Source: an uncultured bacterium (GTDB taxonomy: Bacteria > Krumholzibacteriota > Krumholzibacteriia > LZORAL124-64-63). Taken from it: a DNA stretch of 64,000 bases. The notes under the pieces are model-generated. The model was not told where the DNA came from, did not search any database, and was given only the letters and a program-made list of their open reading frames with translations. Location of the stretch: contig CAVSGO010000003.1 in NCBI GenBank assembly GCA_963727525.1, forward strand, positions 32,001 through 96,000, read 5' to 3'. Shown piece after piece: positions 42,510 through 51,316 of the stretch. Position numbers and translations under genes: made by a program. Positions within the stretch are counted from its first letter, which is position 1. Each line of letters begins with the position of its first letter.

Positions 42510-44528
42510 ATGGCCCACCGCCACAAGAGCCCCCGCGACCGCGCCGAAGCCGCGGTCTCCTCGCTGCTCGCCTTTCCCGCCGACAACCTCGCCGAAGTGC
42601 GAAACCGGCTCGGCACCGTCGATCTGCAGCATCTGCGTGCGGCGGTTCTGGCGCGTATCGTCGATCCCGATATGTCCGCCACCGATGAACGCGGTCTTGT
42701 CGCCCTGGCCGACGCCTGCGAGCTGGGCGCCGAGGCCGAGGGCCTGGCCGCCATCGTCCGCGACCGCGGACTCGACGTGCGGAACCGACGCCTGGCGCTG
42801 GCCCTCCTTGTTCAGCACGCCCCCGACGCCGTGGATCCGGAGGTGCTGGCTCGTGAGCCCGAATTGCTGGCGGCACTGGCGCGGCAGTCCGTCGCGGATC
42901 TGTTGTACCCCCTGCTGGAAGAGCCGGATCTGGCCACCGAGCTGGCCGCTGCGCTCGCCAGTGTGCCGGCCTCGCAGCGCGAGGCGATGTTTGCGGATGT
43001 GGAGGCCGGCCGCCGGAGCGCCATGGTCCCGGCCTGGCTCGCGTACGGCGAGGCGCTCACGCTGAGCGAGTCGGCGGATCTGCACCACGCGATCGTGGCC
43101 GAGATCGCCGCCGAGACCCGGGCCACCGAGATCGATGTCTGGGACGACTTGCTGGCGCGCGAGTTGCCGGAACCGACCCGCGCCATCGTCCAGGCCGAAC
43201 TCATGCGGAGCCGTACCGCGAGTCTCAACCGTCCGGATGCGGGTCGCCGCGTGCCGGACGGCTCGTCGCGCGCCACGGCGGCCGCCACCGCGTGGCTCAC
43301 CGCGTGCGACGGGGTCGGGGCCTACGTCATGCTGCTGAGGGTCGCGGTCCCCGATGGCGCCTGGCACATCGCGAATATCTGCCTGCGTGTGAATGGTCAG
43401 GTGCGCGATGGCTTCTGCCTGGCGCGCCGTGACGAGGCCGAGTTCGAGGAGATCCGTGCGGTCTTCGCCGAACAGGAGGACATGACCTTCGCGCGCGTTC
43501 CACTGGAATTGGCGGGAGATCTGGCCATGGCCGCCCTGGCCGCCGGCGGCGATCGCGATCCGGTTCCCGACGGAGAGATGACTCACTGGGCCCGTTGCTT
43601 CGTCTGGCTGGCCCGCTCCTGCACCGAGGCGTCGCCTCTCGAGGAGAGCGAGCCGGACACGACGTCGACCGACCTGACGGACGACGAGATCCAGCATCTC
43701 TTTGACGAGGACGATCTGGATACCTGGTTCCTGAATCCTGATGACCTGGCCGAGCTGGACGTGCCGGCCACGAAGCCCGCGGACGCCGGCCCCGGCTGGT
43801 TCGACGCGCAACTGGCCAGGGTCGACAACCCCGGGCAACGCGAGACCCTGGGGCGCATGTTCGCCCACATGGACACGTATTACCGTTGCCTCGGGAAGCT
43901 CGTTCTCGCGCGTCGCTGTCGTGAGGCGGCCGCAGCGCTGGCGGATCCCGACCGGGGCAGGGAGATCCTGCGCGCGTGGCTCGACTATTCGTTCACCGTG
44001 AACACGATGAATCTCGAGGTGGGCGGCGCGACCGCCGTCATGGACTTCGGCGATCCCGCCGGGCGCCAGATGATCAGACAGGGCTGCTATCCAGATCTGA
44101 AACACCCGACGTTCCGCCACCTGGCGGTCCTGGATCTGACCGAGGCTGCCCTGGCAGCCGCTGAACCGATCGTGGCCCAGTTCTCCACCGAGCGGCAGCC
44201 GCGTCTCTCGGCTCTGCTGCCCATCGCCCACGTCGTCGCCAGGGCGTGGGTCGACCTGGTCCTCATGGCGCCTCTCGATCCGGACAGTCCTCTGGCCAAG
44301 CGCCGGATCGACCGCGCCCTCAATGCCATGACCAAGAACACGGGTTTGCGACGGGCGGAGGCGATCGACCTGTGGGACGCCCTCGTCGTCCATCTGCAGG
44401 ACTTCATGGACCAGGTCTGCAGTGCGTGCCCGGTATGGTGTTTCGGTCGCCCGACCGGCAATGCGGCTGCGTATTTCCACCACCCCGCGCATCCCGCATT
44501 CCGCGAGGATTTCGAGGGCGATGGGTGA
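42510..44528 (+). CDS. Large helical hypothetical protein with C-terminal CxxCPxxC...HxxxHP motif
   Basis: Long ORF with typical codon bias directly downstream of NYN; no family recognised. Confidence 0.7.
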   Translation: MAHRHKSPRDRAEAAVSSLLAFPADNLAEVRNRLGTVDLQHLRAAVLARIVDPDMSATDERGLVALADACELGAEAEGLAAIVRDRGLDVRNRRLALALLVQHAPDAVDPEVLAREPELLAALARQSVADLLYPLLEEPDLATELAAALASVPASQREAMFADVEAGRRSAMVPAWLAYGEALTLSESADLHHAIVAEIAAETRATEIDVWDDLLARELPEPTRAIVQAELMRSRTASLNRPDAGRRVPDGSSRATAAATAWLTACDGVGAYVMLLRVAVPDGAWHIANICLRVNGQVRDGFCLARRDEAEFEEIRAVFAEQEDMTFARVPLELAGDLAMAALAAGGDRDPVPDGEMTHWARCFVWLARSCTEASPLEESEPDTTSTDLTDDEIQHLFDEDDLDTWFLNPDDLAELDVPATKPADAGPGWFDAQLARVDNPGQRETLGRMFAHMDTYYRCLGKLVLARRCREAAAALADPDRGREILRAWLDYSFTVNTMNLEVGGATAVMDFGDPAGRQMIRQGCYPDLKHPTFRHLAVLDLTEAALAAAEPIVAQFSTERQPRLSALLPIAHVVARAWVDLVLMAPLDPDSPLAKRRIDRALNAMTKNTGLRRAEAIDLWDALVVHLQDFMDQVCSACPVWCFGRPTGNAAAYFHHPAHPAFREDFEGDG

Positions 44529-44624
44529 AAGCTACAAGCCGAGCCAATTGCCCCGACCACCCCGATCTGCTAGAATTGTCACCTGACCCGACCCCGTAAC
44601 CTCCCAAACCGGTGGTGTTCCTCC

Positions 44625-47378
44625 ATGCCCTCGCGTCGCCTCCCCAGGCTCCTCGTAGCCGTCGCTCTGTTCTGCCTGGCCTTCGCCGCCACGGCCCAGG
44701 CGAGCCTCCTCATCTCCGAACTCTGCGACCCCCGGCTCAACTACCTCACCGACCGCTTCATCGAGATCGCCAACACCGGCGACACGGCCGTGGATCTCGC
44801 CGACTGGTCGGTCGTCGCGGTGGGCAACGGCGCCGACATCTTCACCTGGCCGCTGTCAGGGTCGATCGCGCCCGGTCAGGCGCTCGTCTGTGGTGACGCC
44901 ACCACGGTGATCGCGTTCCCCGTCGATTTCGCCCTCGAGGGGTGGTCGGCCAGCAACAGCACCTGGAACGGGAAGGTGGGGGACGGCGCCAAGCTGGTCG
45001 GTCCTGGGGCGACCATCGTCGACTACGTGGTGGTCAACGGCACGTACTTCGAGAACATGGACTACGTACGCAATCCCGATGTGGTCGAACCCTCGCTCGT
45101 CCACGTGCCCGCGCAGTGGACAGGGACGCCGGTCGACTATCCGACGCAGGGCAGTCCCGGTGTGCACATCTTCGGCAGCGATTTTCCGCCGACGATCGTC
45201 GGTATCAGCACCGAGCCGCTCGTGCCGTTGGGTGGGGATCCGGTGGATGTGCTGGCCCAGGTGCAGGATGATGTGGCCACCGTCGTGTCGGTGGTGACGC
45301 GTTGGGGGCTGACGCCGGGGGTGTTGAATGACGTGATCTCCATGTCCCTGGAAGGGGGGGGCACCTACCGCACGGATGCGCCGATCCCGCCGCAGACGCC
45401 CGGAACCACCGTGTACTTCCAGATCGAGGCGACCAACGACGTGCCGCTGACGGCGGTGTCGGCGCTCCAGAGCTACACGCTCCCCGTCGCGGCCACGATC
45501 CACGATATCCAGGGTGAAGTCGCCGTGTCGCCTCATGACGGGGACATCGTGCTCACGAGCGGGGTCGTCACCGGGGTCTACGGCAGCTACGCCACGCTGC
45601 AGGATGGCGACGGGCCCTGGCAGGGCATCTGGGCCGCGCTCGCGCCGGCGCCTGCGGTGGGCGACCGGCTCGACCTGCGTGCGCGCGTCGACGAGTCGGC
45701 CGGGAGCGGGTACGCCGGCACCACCATGCTCACCGAGGTGGCCGTGCTGGCCACGCAGCCGGGACAGCCGGTGCCCGCCGCGACGACCGTCGTCACCGAC
45801 GATCTCGATGCCGAGGCCTACGAGGGCGTGCTCGTGACCGTGGCCGACGGCGCCTGCACCGACGCCGATCTCGGCGGCGGCGAGTGGGCGATCGAAGACG
45901 GATCCGGGGCCGGTCGCGTGGGCGTGCTCGACGGCGCCGGCGCTCCGACACTGGGCACGGAGTACGCCGTCACCGGGTGCGTGGTCTATTCCGGCGGGAA
46001 TTTCAAGGTCGAGCCGCGGGGGCCGGCCGACGTCGTCTGGGTGGCCGACGCCTTCGCGCCGCGGATCGCGGGGACCATGGCGTCGGACATCGACGAGGTG
46101 CGCGTGACGTTCACCGAGCCGGTGGACGCGATCAGCGCCGAGATCGCGAGCAACTACACGATCGGTGGGCTGACGATCTTCTCCGCCACGCGCCTCACGG
46201 CCCAGCCGGCCGTGGTCGTACTCGCGGTGTCGCCTATGGCGAGCGGGGACTACACGCTCTCCGTCACCGGCGTCGCCGACCTCTACGGCAACCCCATCGT
46301 CACCGCCGTGGATGCGTTCAGCTACCTCGACTTCCCACCGCCGCCGGGCTACTACGACAGCGCCGCCGGTCTACAGGGCGAACCGCTGCGCGCAGCACTG
46401 CACGCGATCATCGATAACCACACGTCCGTCAGCTACGACTTCCTCTGGACGGCCTTCACCACCACGGACGATCGTCCCGACGGGTATGTGTGGGACATGT
46501 ACTCCGATATCCCCGGCGGCACGCCGCCCTACCTGTATGTGTTCGGCGTCGACCAGGTCGGCGACGGGGCCGGCGAGGGGTCCGGTTACAACCGCGAGCA
46601 CTCGTGGCCGCGCGCCTGGTTCGGTGGCGAGGTGGCGCCCATGAATTCGGATCTGTTCCTGATCTACCCGACCGACACGTACGTGAACAATGTCCGCGCC
46701 AACTATCCCTACGGCGAGGTCGCCGTGCCCGACTGGGTGTCGCTCAATGGCAGCAAGCGCGGCCCGTGCTCGTATCCGGGCTACAGTGGCACCGTCTTCG
46801 AGCCCATCGATGCGTACAAGGGCGACTTCGCGCGCACCTACTTCTACATGGGCGCGCGATATTACACCGAGGACGCCGCCTGGCCCGGCAGCCCGGCGAC
46901 CGATGGCTGCGACCTGCTGCCCTGGGCGCTGAACATGATGCTCGAATGGAACGCCGAGGACCCCGTGAGTCTCAAGGAGCGGGAGCGCAACGAGGCGGTG
47001 TACGCCTACCAGCACAACCGCAACCCGTTCATCGATCACCCGGAGTGGGTGACGGCGGTCTTCGCGCCGGCGGTCGGCGTCGAGGATGCCGTGCCGAACG
47101 CCGCACTCGCGGTGTCGGTGGCGCCGAATCCGTTCAACCCGCGCACGACGATCCGCTGGGATCTGCCCCACGTGGCGATGGTCGACCTGCGCATCTACGA
47201 CGCCGCGGGTCACCTGGTGCGCCGACTCGTCGACGATGCCGTCCAGCCGGCGGGACAGCACGAGGTCGCCTGGGACGGACGGGATGATCACGGCCGGAAC
47301 GCCGCCGCGGGGGTGTATTTCGGGAGGCTGGAGGCGGATCACGAGGGGAGGACAGCAAAGCTCGTTCTCGTGAGGTGA
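44625..47378 (+). CDS. Secreted endonuclease I family nuclease (lamin-tail, OB/Ig domains, FlgD-Ig tail)
   Basis: ISELCDP..RFIEIAN, TIHDIQG, YNREHSWP, KGDFARTYFYM, ERNEAVY..QHNRNPFIDHPE, PNPFNPRT..WDGRD. Confidence 0.9.
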   Translation: MPSRRLPRLLVAVALFCLAFAATAQASLLISELCDPRLNYLTDRFIEIANTGDTAVDLADWSVVAVGNGADIFTWPLSGSIAPGQALVCGDATTVIAFPVDFALEGWSASNSTWNGKVGDGAKLVGPGATIVDYVVVNGTYFENMDYVRNPDVVEPSLVHVPAQWTGTPVDYPTQGSPGVHIFGSDFPPTIVGISTEPLVPLGGDPVDVLAQVQDDVATVVSVVTRWGLTPGVLNDVISMSLEGGGTYRTDAPIPPQTPGTTVYFQIEATNDVPLTAVSALQSYTLPVAATIHDIQGEVAVSPHDGDIVLTSGVVTGVYGSYATLQDGDGPWQGIWAALAPAPAVGDRLDLRARVDESAGSGYAGTTMLTEVAVLATQPGQPVPAATTVVTDDLDAEAYEGVLVTVADGACTDADLGGGEWAIEDGSGAGRVGVLDGAGAPTLGTEYAVTGCVVYSGGNFKVEPRGPADVVWVADAFAPRIAGTMASDIDEVRVTFTEPVDAISAEIASNYTIGGLTIFSATRLTAQPAVVVLAVSPMASGDYTLSVTGVADLYGNPIVTAVDAFSYLDFPPPPGYYDSAAGLQGEPLRAALHAIIDNHTSVSYDFLWTAFTTTDDRPDGYVWDMYSDIPGGTPPYLYVFGVDQVGDGAGEGSGYNREHSWPRAWFGGEVAPMNSDLFLIYPTDTYVNNVRANYPYGEVAVPDWVSLNGSKRGPCSYPGYSGTVFEPIDAYKGDFARTYFYMGARYYTEDAAWPGSPATDGCDLLPWALNMMLEWNAEDPVSLKERERNEAVYAYQHNRNPFIDHPEWVTAVFAPAVGVEDAVPNAALAVSVAPNPFNPRTTIRWDLPHVAMVDLRIYDAAGHLVRRLVDDAVQPAGQHEVAWDGRDDHGRNAAAGVYFGRLEADHEGRTAKLVLVR

Positions 47379-47416
47379 TGCGTCGCGACCGACGAGCGGT
47401 TCAAGGCCTGTGCGTG

Positions 47417-47461
47417 GAAGTGGTTTTATTACAATATATTGTGAAGTCCAGCCGGCTAGAC
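47417..47461 (+). repeat. Bipartite element, copy 3
   Basis: GAAGTGGTTTTATTACAATATATTG-TGAA-GTCCAGCCGGCTAGAC. Confidence 0.65.
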
Positions 47462-47719
47462 TCCATGTATATGTATACGGTATATCGTAGGCGAATTCGT
47501 TCCCTTCTGGATCCAAAGCCGATCCTCGTTGCTTCGCCACCGCAAATCTGATAAGGTGTCAATCCACGGGGACACGCACCACGTCGTCGTCCCCCAAGCC
47601 AGAAAGCCATCATGCCCACCACCACGCATCCAGCTAGAAGATAGATCCGACACTGGTCAGCTCGGACCAGCGGATCCATCGGTCCGTCTCCCTGAGGGGA
47701 GCGAACGGAAGGCTGGATC

Positions 47720-48562
47720 ATGTTCGATTTCACGCACGTGAAGAAGGCGTTCGCGGCTCTCGGCGTTCCCGCGCGCTGCGAGGTGGAGGAGTCCGTCATC
47801 CGGCTGCGGGGGCGGGCGGCGCTGTTCGATGTGGATATCGAGCGTCGTCGGCGTGGCCGCGGCTACGTGGTCCGGGTGGCGGCGGGGTCTGGTATCACGA
47901 TCCAGGTGCTCGACGTGCAGCCGCGGCTGCGCCATCTGATGCTCCTCGTGGTGGTCGATTCTGGCGTCCGGCGCGGCTCGGGTTCGACGCAGTCTTTCAC
48001 CCGTTACCTCTGCGGTCACGACGAGCGCGACTGGTTCGTGGCGCCGATTCCCGGTCGTCCGGTGGCCAGCACCGTGCTGCAGGCGTTCGAGGCGCTGAAG
48101 CCCGGGATCGTGCGCGGGTCGGTCCTGCAGCATCATGTGAAGCGCAAGGACCGGAACCGTCGCCGGAACGCCGCCTTCGTGCGGCAGGGGGAGTGGTTCT
48201 TCGTACCGGCGCCGGCCTTCGATCCGGGGCGTCTCGTCTCGCACCATCACGAGCCGCTTCGGCGCGGCCGCAGCAAGCCGCATATCGCCGAGTGGCTCGT
48301 GCGCACCGGCGGCGTGATTGTGAAGGTCAATCGCTACCATTCCCGTGGGCTCACGCCTGGGCAGTACGCGGAGCGGCTGCACAATGCGCCGCACACGATG
48401 GACGGGCCATGGTGGATGATGACGCGGGACCCCATCGCGCACGTGCGCGGCACCGTGCGGCATTCGGATCATGCCACCGTCACGCTCGACGGCTGGCATC
48501 GTGTGGTGCCGAACAGGGAGGACCAGGCGCCCGGCTGGGAGTCGCTGACGTTTCTCGACTAG
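47720..48562 (+). CDS. Basic hypothetical protein (CGHDER / RQGEWFFVP / RHSDH motifs)
   Basis: Coding-like ORF rich in Arg and His; function unknown. Confidence 0.75.
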   Translation: MFDFTHVKKAFAALGVPARCEVEESVIRLRGRAALFDVDIERRRRGRGYVVRVAAGSGITIQVLDVQPRLRHLMLLVVVDSGVRRGSGSTQSFTRYLCGHDERDWFVAPIPGRPVASTVLQAFEALKPGIVRGSVLQHHVKRKDRNRRRNAAFVRQGEWFFVPAPAFDPGRLVSHHHEPLRRGRSKPHIAEWLVRTGGVIVKVNRYHSRGLTPGQYAERLHNAPHTMDGPWWMMTRDPIAHVRGTVRHSDHATVTLDGWHRVVPNREDQAPGWESLTFLD

Positions 48563-48734
48563 GTCCGGAACACCACGGTTGTCCACCGCCCCCCGGATTC
48601 TCTATACTCCCCGTGCCGTCATGTCTCGGGGGGCGGCGGTCCGATCGCGGGCATTCTCGCGCGAGAGTCGCCTGTGGCCCCATGGTCCATGGCCATTCAC
48701 GACAGTGTTCGGGCTGCGGCGAGGGAGGCACGCC

Positions 48735-49790
48735 ATGCGAGAGGTTTGCGAACGTTCGTTCCTTGCGTCGATCGCGTACGGCGCGATCCTGATCCTGCTG
48801 ACGGGCACCGCGGCTCAGGCTGCCCAGTTCCAGAAGATCGGCGACTTTGGCGAATATGCTCATCAGCGCATCCCCGTGGATGCGCGGGGTGAAGCGCTGA
48901 ACCTGGCGGCAGGTGTCGATCCCGTGGGACCCACGGCTCACTGGTGGAATCCGGCGCCGCTATTGCGTGATGATGCGCTCGAGGCCTCGTACACGGCGTA
49001 CGACTTCTTCGTCGACGGGTACCACTGGCGTCCGTTCGCGCTGCGAGCCACCTGGCGCAACTTCTCGATCGGGGTGGTGAGGACGAATCTGTCGTTTCGA
49101 TCGCGGGTACAGACGGCTTACGATCCCGTGGGCGAGGACGTGGAGATCGACCAGGACACACTCCTGATAGGCGTGGCTGCGGACGTTGCACGCTGGCTGT
49201 TCCCGTGGACGACACGCTGGTCGTGGAGCGTCGGCGCCAATCTCAAGCAATATGGCGTCAGTGTCGACAGAGTGGGCGAGAACGTGTATTGCCCCGATCT
49301 CGGTATGACCCTGGCTGGGTGGGTGGCTGCGACCGAGGACCTCGATCTTCGGATCCTGGGAACGGCGACGGTGCGGAACCTGATCGAGGGTTCGCTCAAC
49401 CTGCTCGATGCCGCGACCTTTTTCCGCTACTACCAGTACGGCATCGGTCTGGAAGCCCGGTTCGGGCATGCCGATGGCGGGCGTCCCCTCGTCACGCGAC
49501 TCGCCTGCGCCTGGCGGCGTGATCTCGAAGACCACCGCGACTACTTCGACAGCGACAACATCGGAATCGAGGTCACGTACCGGCAGATCGTCACGCTGCG
49601 CGGCAGCCACACCCACGCGAACTCGTATGTCGACGACGTCTGGGCCTGGGGGGCCGGACTGCAGCACCATTGCGACGGGTACCACGGTCTCCATGTCGCC
49701 CTGGATTACGGTTCGGCCGTGAACGCGTCGCCTCTCGACGATCACAACAGCGACCAGTGGACGTTCACCGCGGGCATCGATCTGCACTGA
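48735..49790 (+). CDS. Outer-membrane beta-barrel, PorV/PorQ-like
   Basis: Signal peptide, VDARGEAL...TAHWWNPA motif, alternating beta-strand pattern. Confidence 0.6.
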   Translation: MREVCERSFLASIAYGAILILLTGTAAQAAQFQKIGDFGEYAHQRIPVDARGEALNLAAGVDPVGPTAHWWNPAPLLRDDALEASYTAYDFFVDGYHWRPFALRATWRNFSIGVVRTNLSFRSRVQTAYDPVGEDVEIDQDTLLIGVAADVARWLFPWTTRWSWSVGANLKQYGVSVDRVGENVYCPDLGMTLAGWVAATEDLDLRILGTATVRNLIEGSLNLLDAATFFRYYQYGIGLEARFGHADGGRPLVTRLACAWRRDLEDHRDYFDSDNIGIEVTYRQIVTLRGSHTHANSYVDDVWAWGAGLQHHCDGYHGLHVALDYGSAVNASPLDDHNSDQWTFTAGIDLH

Positions 49791-49977
49791 GTGAAGTGCG
49801 GCCAGGTCGTGCGCGAAGTCCGGCCAGAATCCGCGTTCGAGTGCGAGCCTCGCGGACGCGCTTCTGGCGGCGCTCGGCCGGGCAACGCCGGCTCGGCATT
49901 GAGTTCGGCCCCCGTCGCGTGATATCGTTGAAAATGCGCAATCAACGTCTTCGCGAACCACGCGAACTCCCGGAGGT

Positions 49978-50419
49978 GTGCCCGTGCGGATGGTTTCGGT
50001 CCTGTCGCTCGCCCTCGCCCTCATCCCATCCGCCCACGCCCGCGAAGCGGTGCCACCGGCGACGGCGGTCAGTCTGGGGCTCATTCGCATGACGATCAGC
50101 GATTGCGGCTACGTGGGTAACAGCCTCTCGAGTTCGTCCAGCCCGTCCCTGAGGTACCCGTATCCGGCCCACGTGGAGCACCTGTACGACGCCGGCCTCT
50201 GGGTGGGCGCGCACGATGCGCGTCGACCTGGCCGTGTACGGTATCGATGGGCGGCGCGTGCGCGTGCTCGTGCAGGGCGAGCTGCCGGCGGGCGAGCACC
50301 GCCTCACCTGGAACGGACGTGACGATGCCGGCCGGCCCGTGGCGTCGGGCGTGTACCTGATCCGGCTAGCGGCGCCGGGCGAACCGGTGCAGACGCAGCG
50401 AGTCGTCGTGGCGCGCTGA
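49978..50419 (+). pseudogene. Internally deleted secreted protein (signal peptide joined to FlgD-Ig tail)
   Basis: ...VEHLYDAGLWVGA joined out of frame to VDLAVYGIDGRRVR...WNGRDDAGRPVASGVY. Confidence 0.6.
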
Positions 50420-50427
50420 CAGCCAGC

Positions 50428-50942
50428 TCAGCGCAGCGATGCCAGTGTCGAATCCTGCACCGCGACCGGACTGAGGTACTCCGCCAGCCAGGCCACCAGG
50501 TACAACCCGTTGGCGGCCACTGCGAGCGTGCAGCCCCATTCCGGTTGCACGTCGAGCGGGATCATCAGCACGAACCACAGCTTGAAGCCGCCGAAGATGA
50601 TCTGCGGGATCCACAGGATGAGCACCGACGAGAGGACGGCCATCACCAGCTCGAGCCATTGCCGGACGAGCGCGGCGACCGGCCGCGCGTGACCGTGAAA
50701 CCGCGGGTGCGCTCCGCACCGGTCAGCGGGCGCGAACCGTATAGCAGGGAGAGCGCGTAGCGGAGCAGCGCGAACACCGGCACCATGATGATCAGGAACG
50801 CGGGCAAACGGCCATGCACGAGTTCCCAGCCGATCATGCCGATCCACGCCGTCCCCACGGCCACCAGGGTGCCGCGGTTGGCGAGATACCACGCCAGGCG
50901 CTGGTGTTCGTCCATGTGCAGGATATCCATCTCGGTCTTCAT
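50428..50942 (-). pseudogene. Membrane protein, frameshifted or mosaic
   Basis: MKTEMDILHMDEHQRLAWY.. start overlaps the XRE stop; hydrophobic sequence continues in another frame after about 50690. Confidence 0.45.
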
Positions 50943-51157
50943 GGTGTGCCGTCCTCCCCGCTGACGACCTCGAACAGCTCGTCGACCTTCATGCCCAGCT
51001 CCCTGGCGATGACGAACGCGAGGAGGGTGGAGGGGATGAAGTGCCCCTTCTCGATGGCCAGGATCGTCTGACGCCGCACGCCGACCCTCACGGCCAGATC
51101 CTGCTGCGTCAGGTCCAGGCGAGCGCGGTGCTGTTTGATATGGTTGGTTAGCTTCAT
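50939..51157 (-). CDS. XRE/Cro-C1 HTH regulator
   Basis: LTQQDLAVRVGVRRQTILAIEKGHFIPSTLLAF. Confidence 0.92.
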   Translation of the reverse strand: MKLTNHIKQHRARLDLTQQDLAVRVGVRRQTILAIEKGHFIPSTLLAFVIARELGMKVDELFEVVSGEDGTP

Positions 51158-51159
51158 GG

Positions 51160-51193
51160 GACAAAAAGTACGCTATGCATTACTTTTTGTCAA
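51160..51193 (-). promoter_or_regulatory. Palindromic operator overlapping a probably leaderless promoter
   Basis: GACAAAAAGTA-N10-TACTTTTTGTC; minus-strand TTGACA at 51193-51188. Confidence 0.7.
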
Positions 51194-51261
51194 GAGTATC
51201 TACCATGAGACGCCGGGCGATCCTCGAGGACGAGATCGGCCAGTTCGACCGTTGATGAAAC

Positions 51262-51287
51262 GGCGCCCACCGCGAACGGTGGGCGCC
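51262..51287 (-). terminator. Hairpin downstream of chemoreceptor
   Basis: GGCGCCCACCG-CGAA-CGGTGGGCGCC followed by T residues on the minus strand. Confidence 0.6.
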
Positions 51288-51316
51288 CTGTCCGGGAAAC
51301 CGCTGCTGGATAGCGC

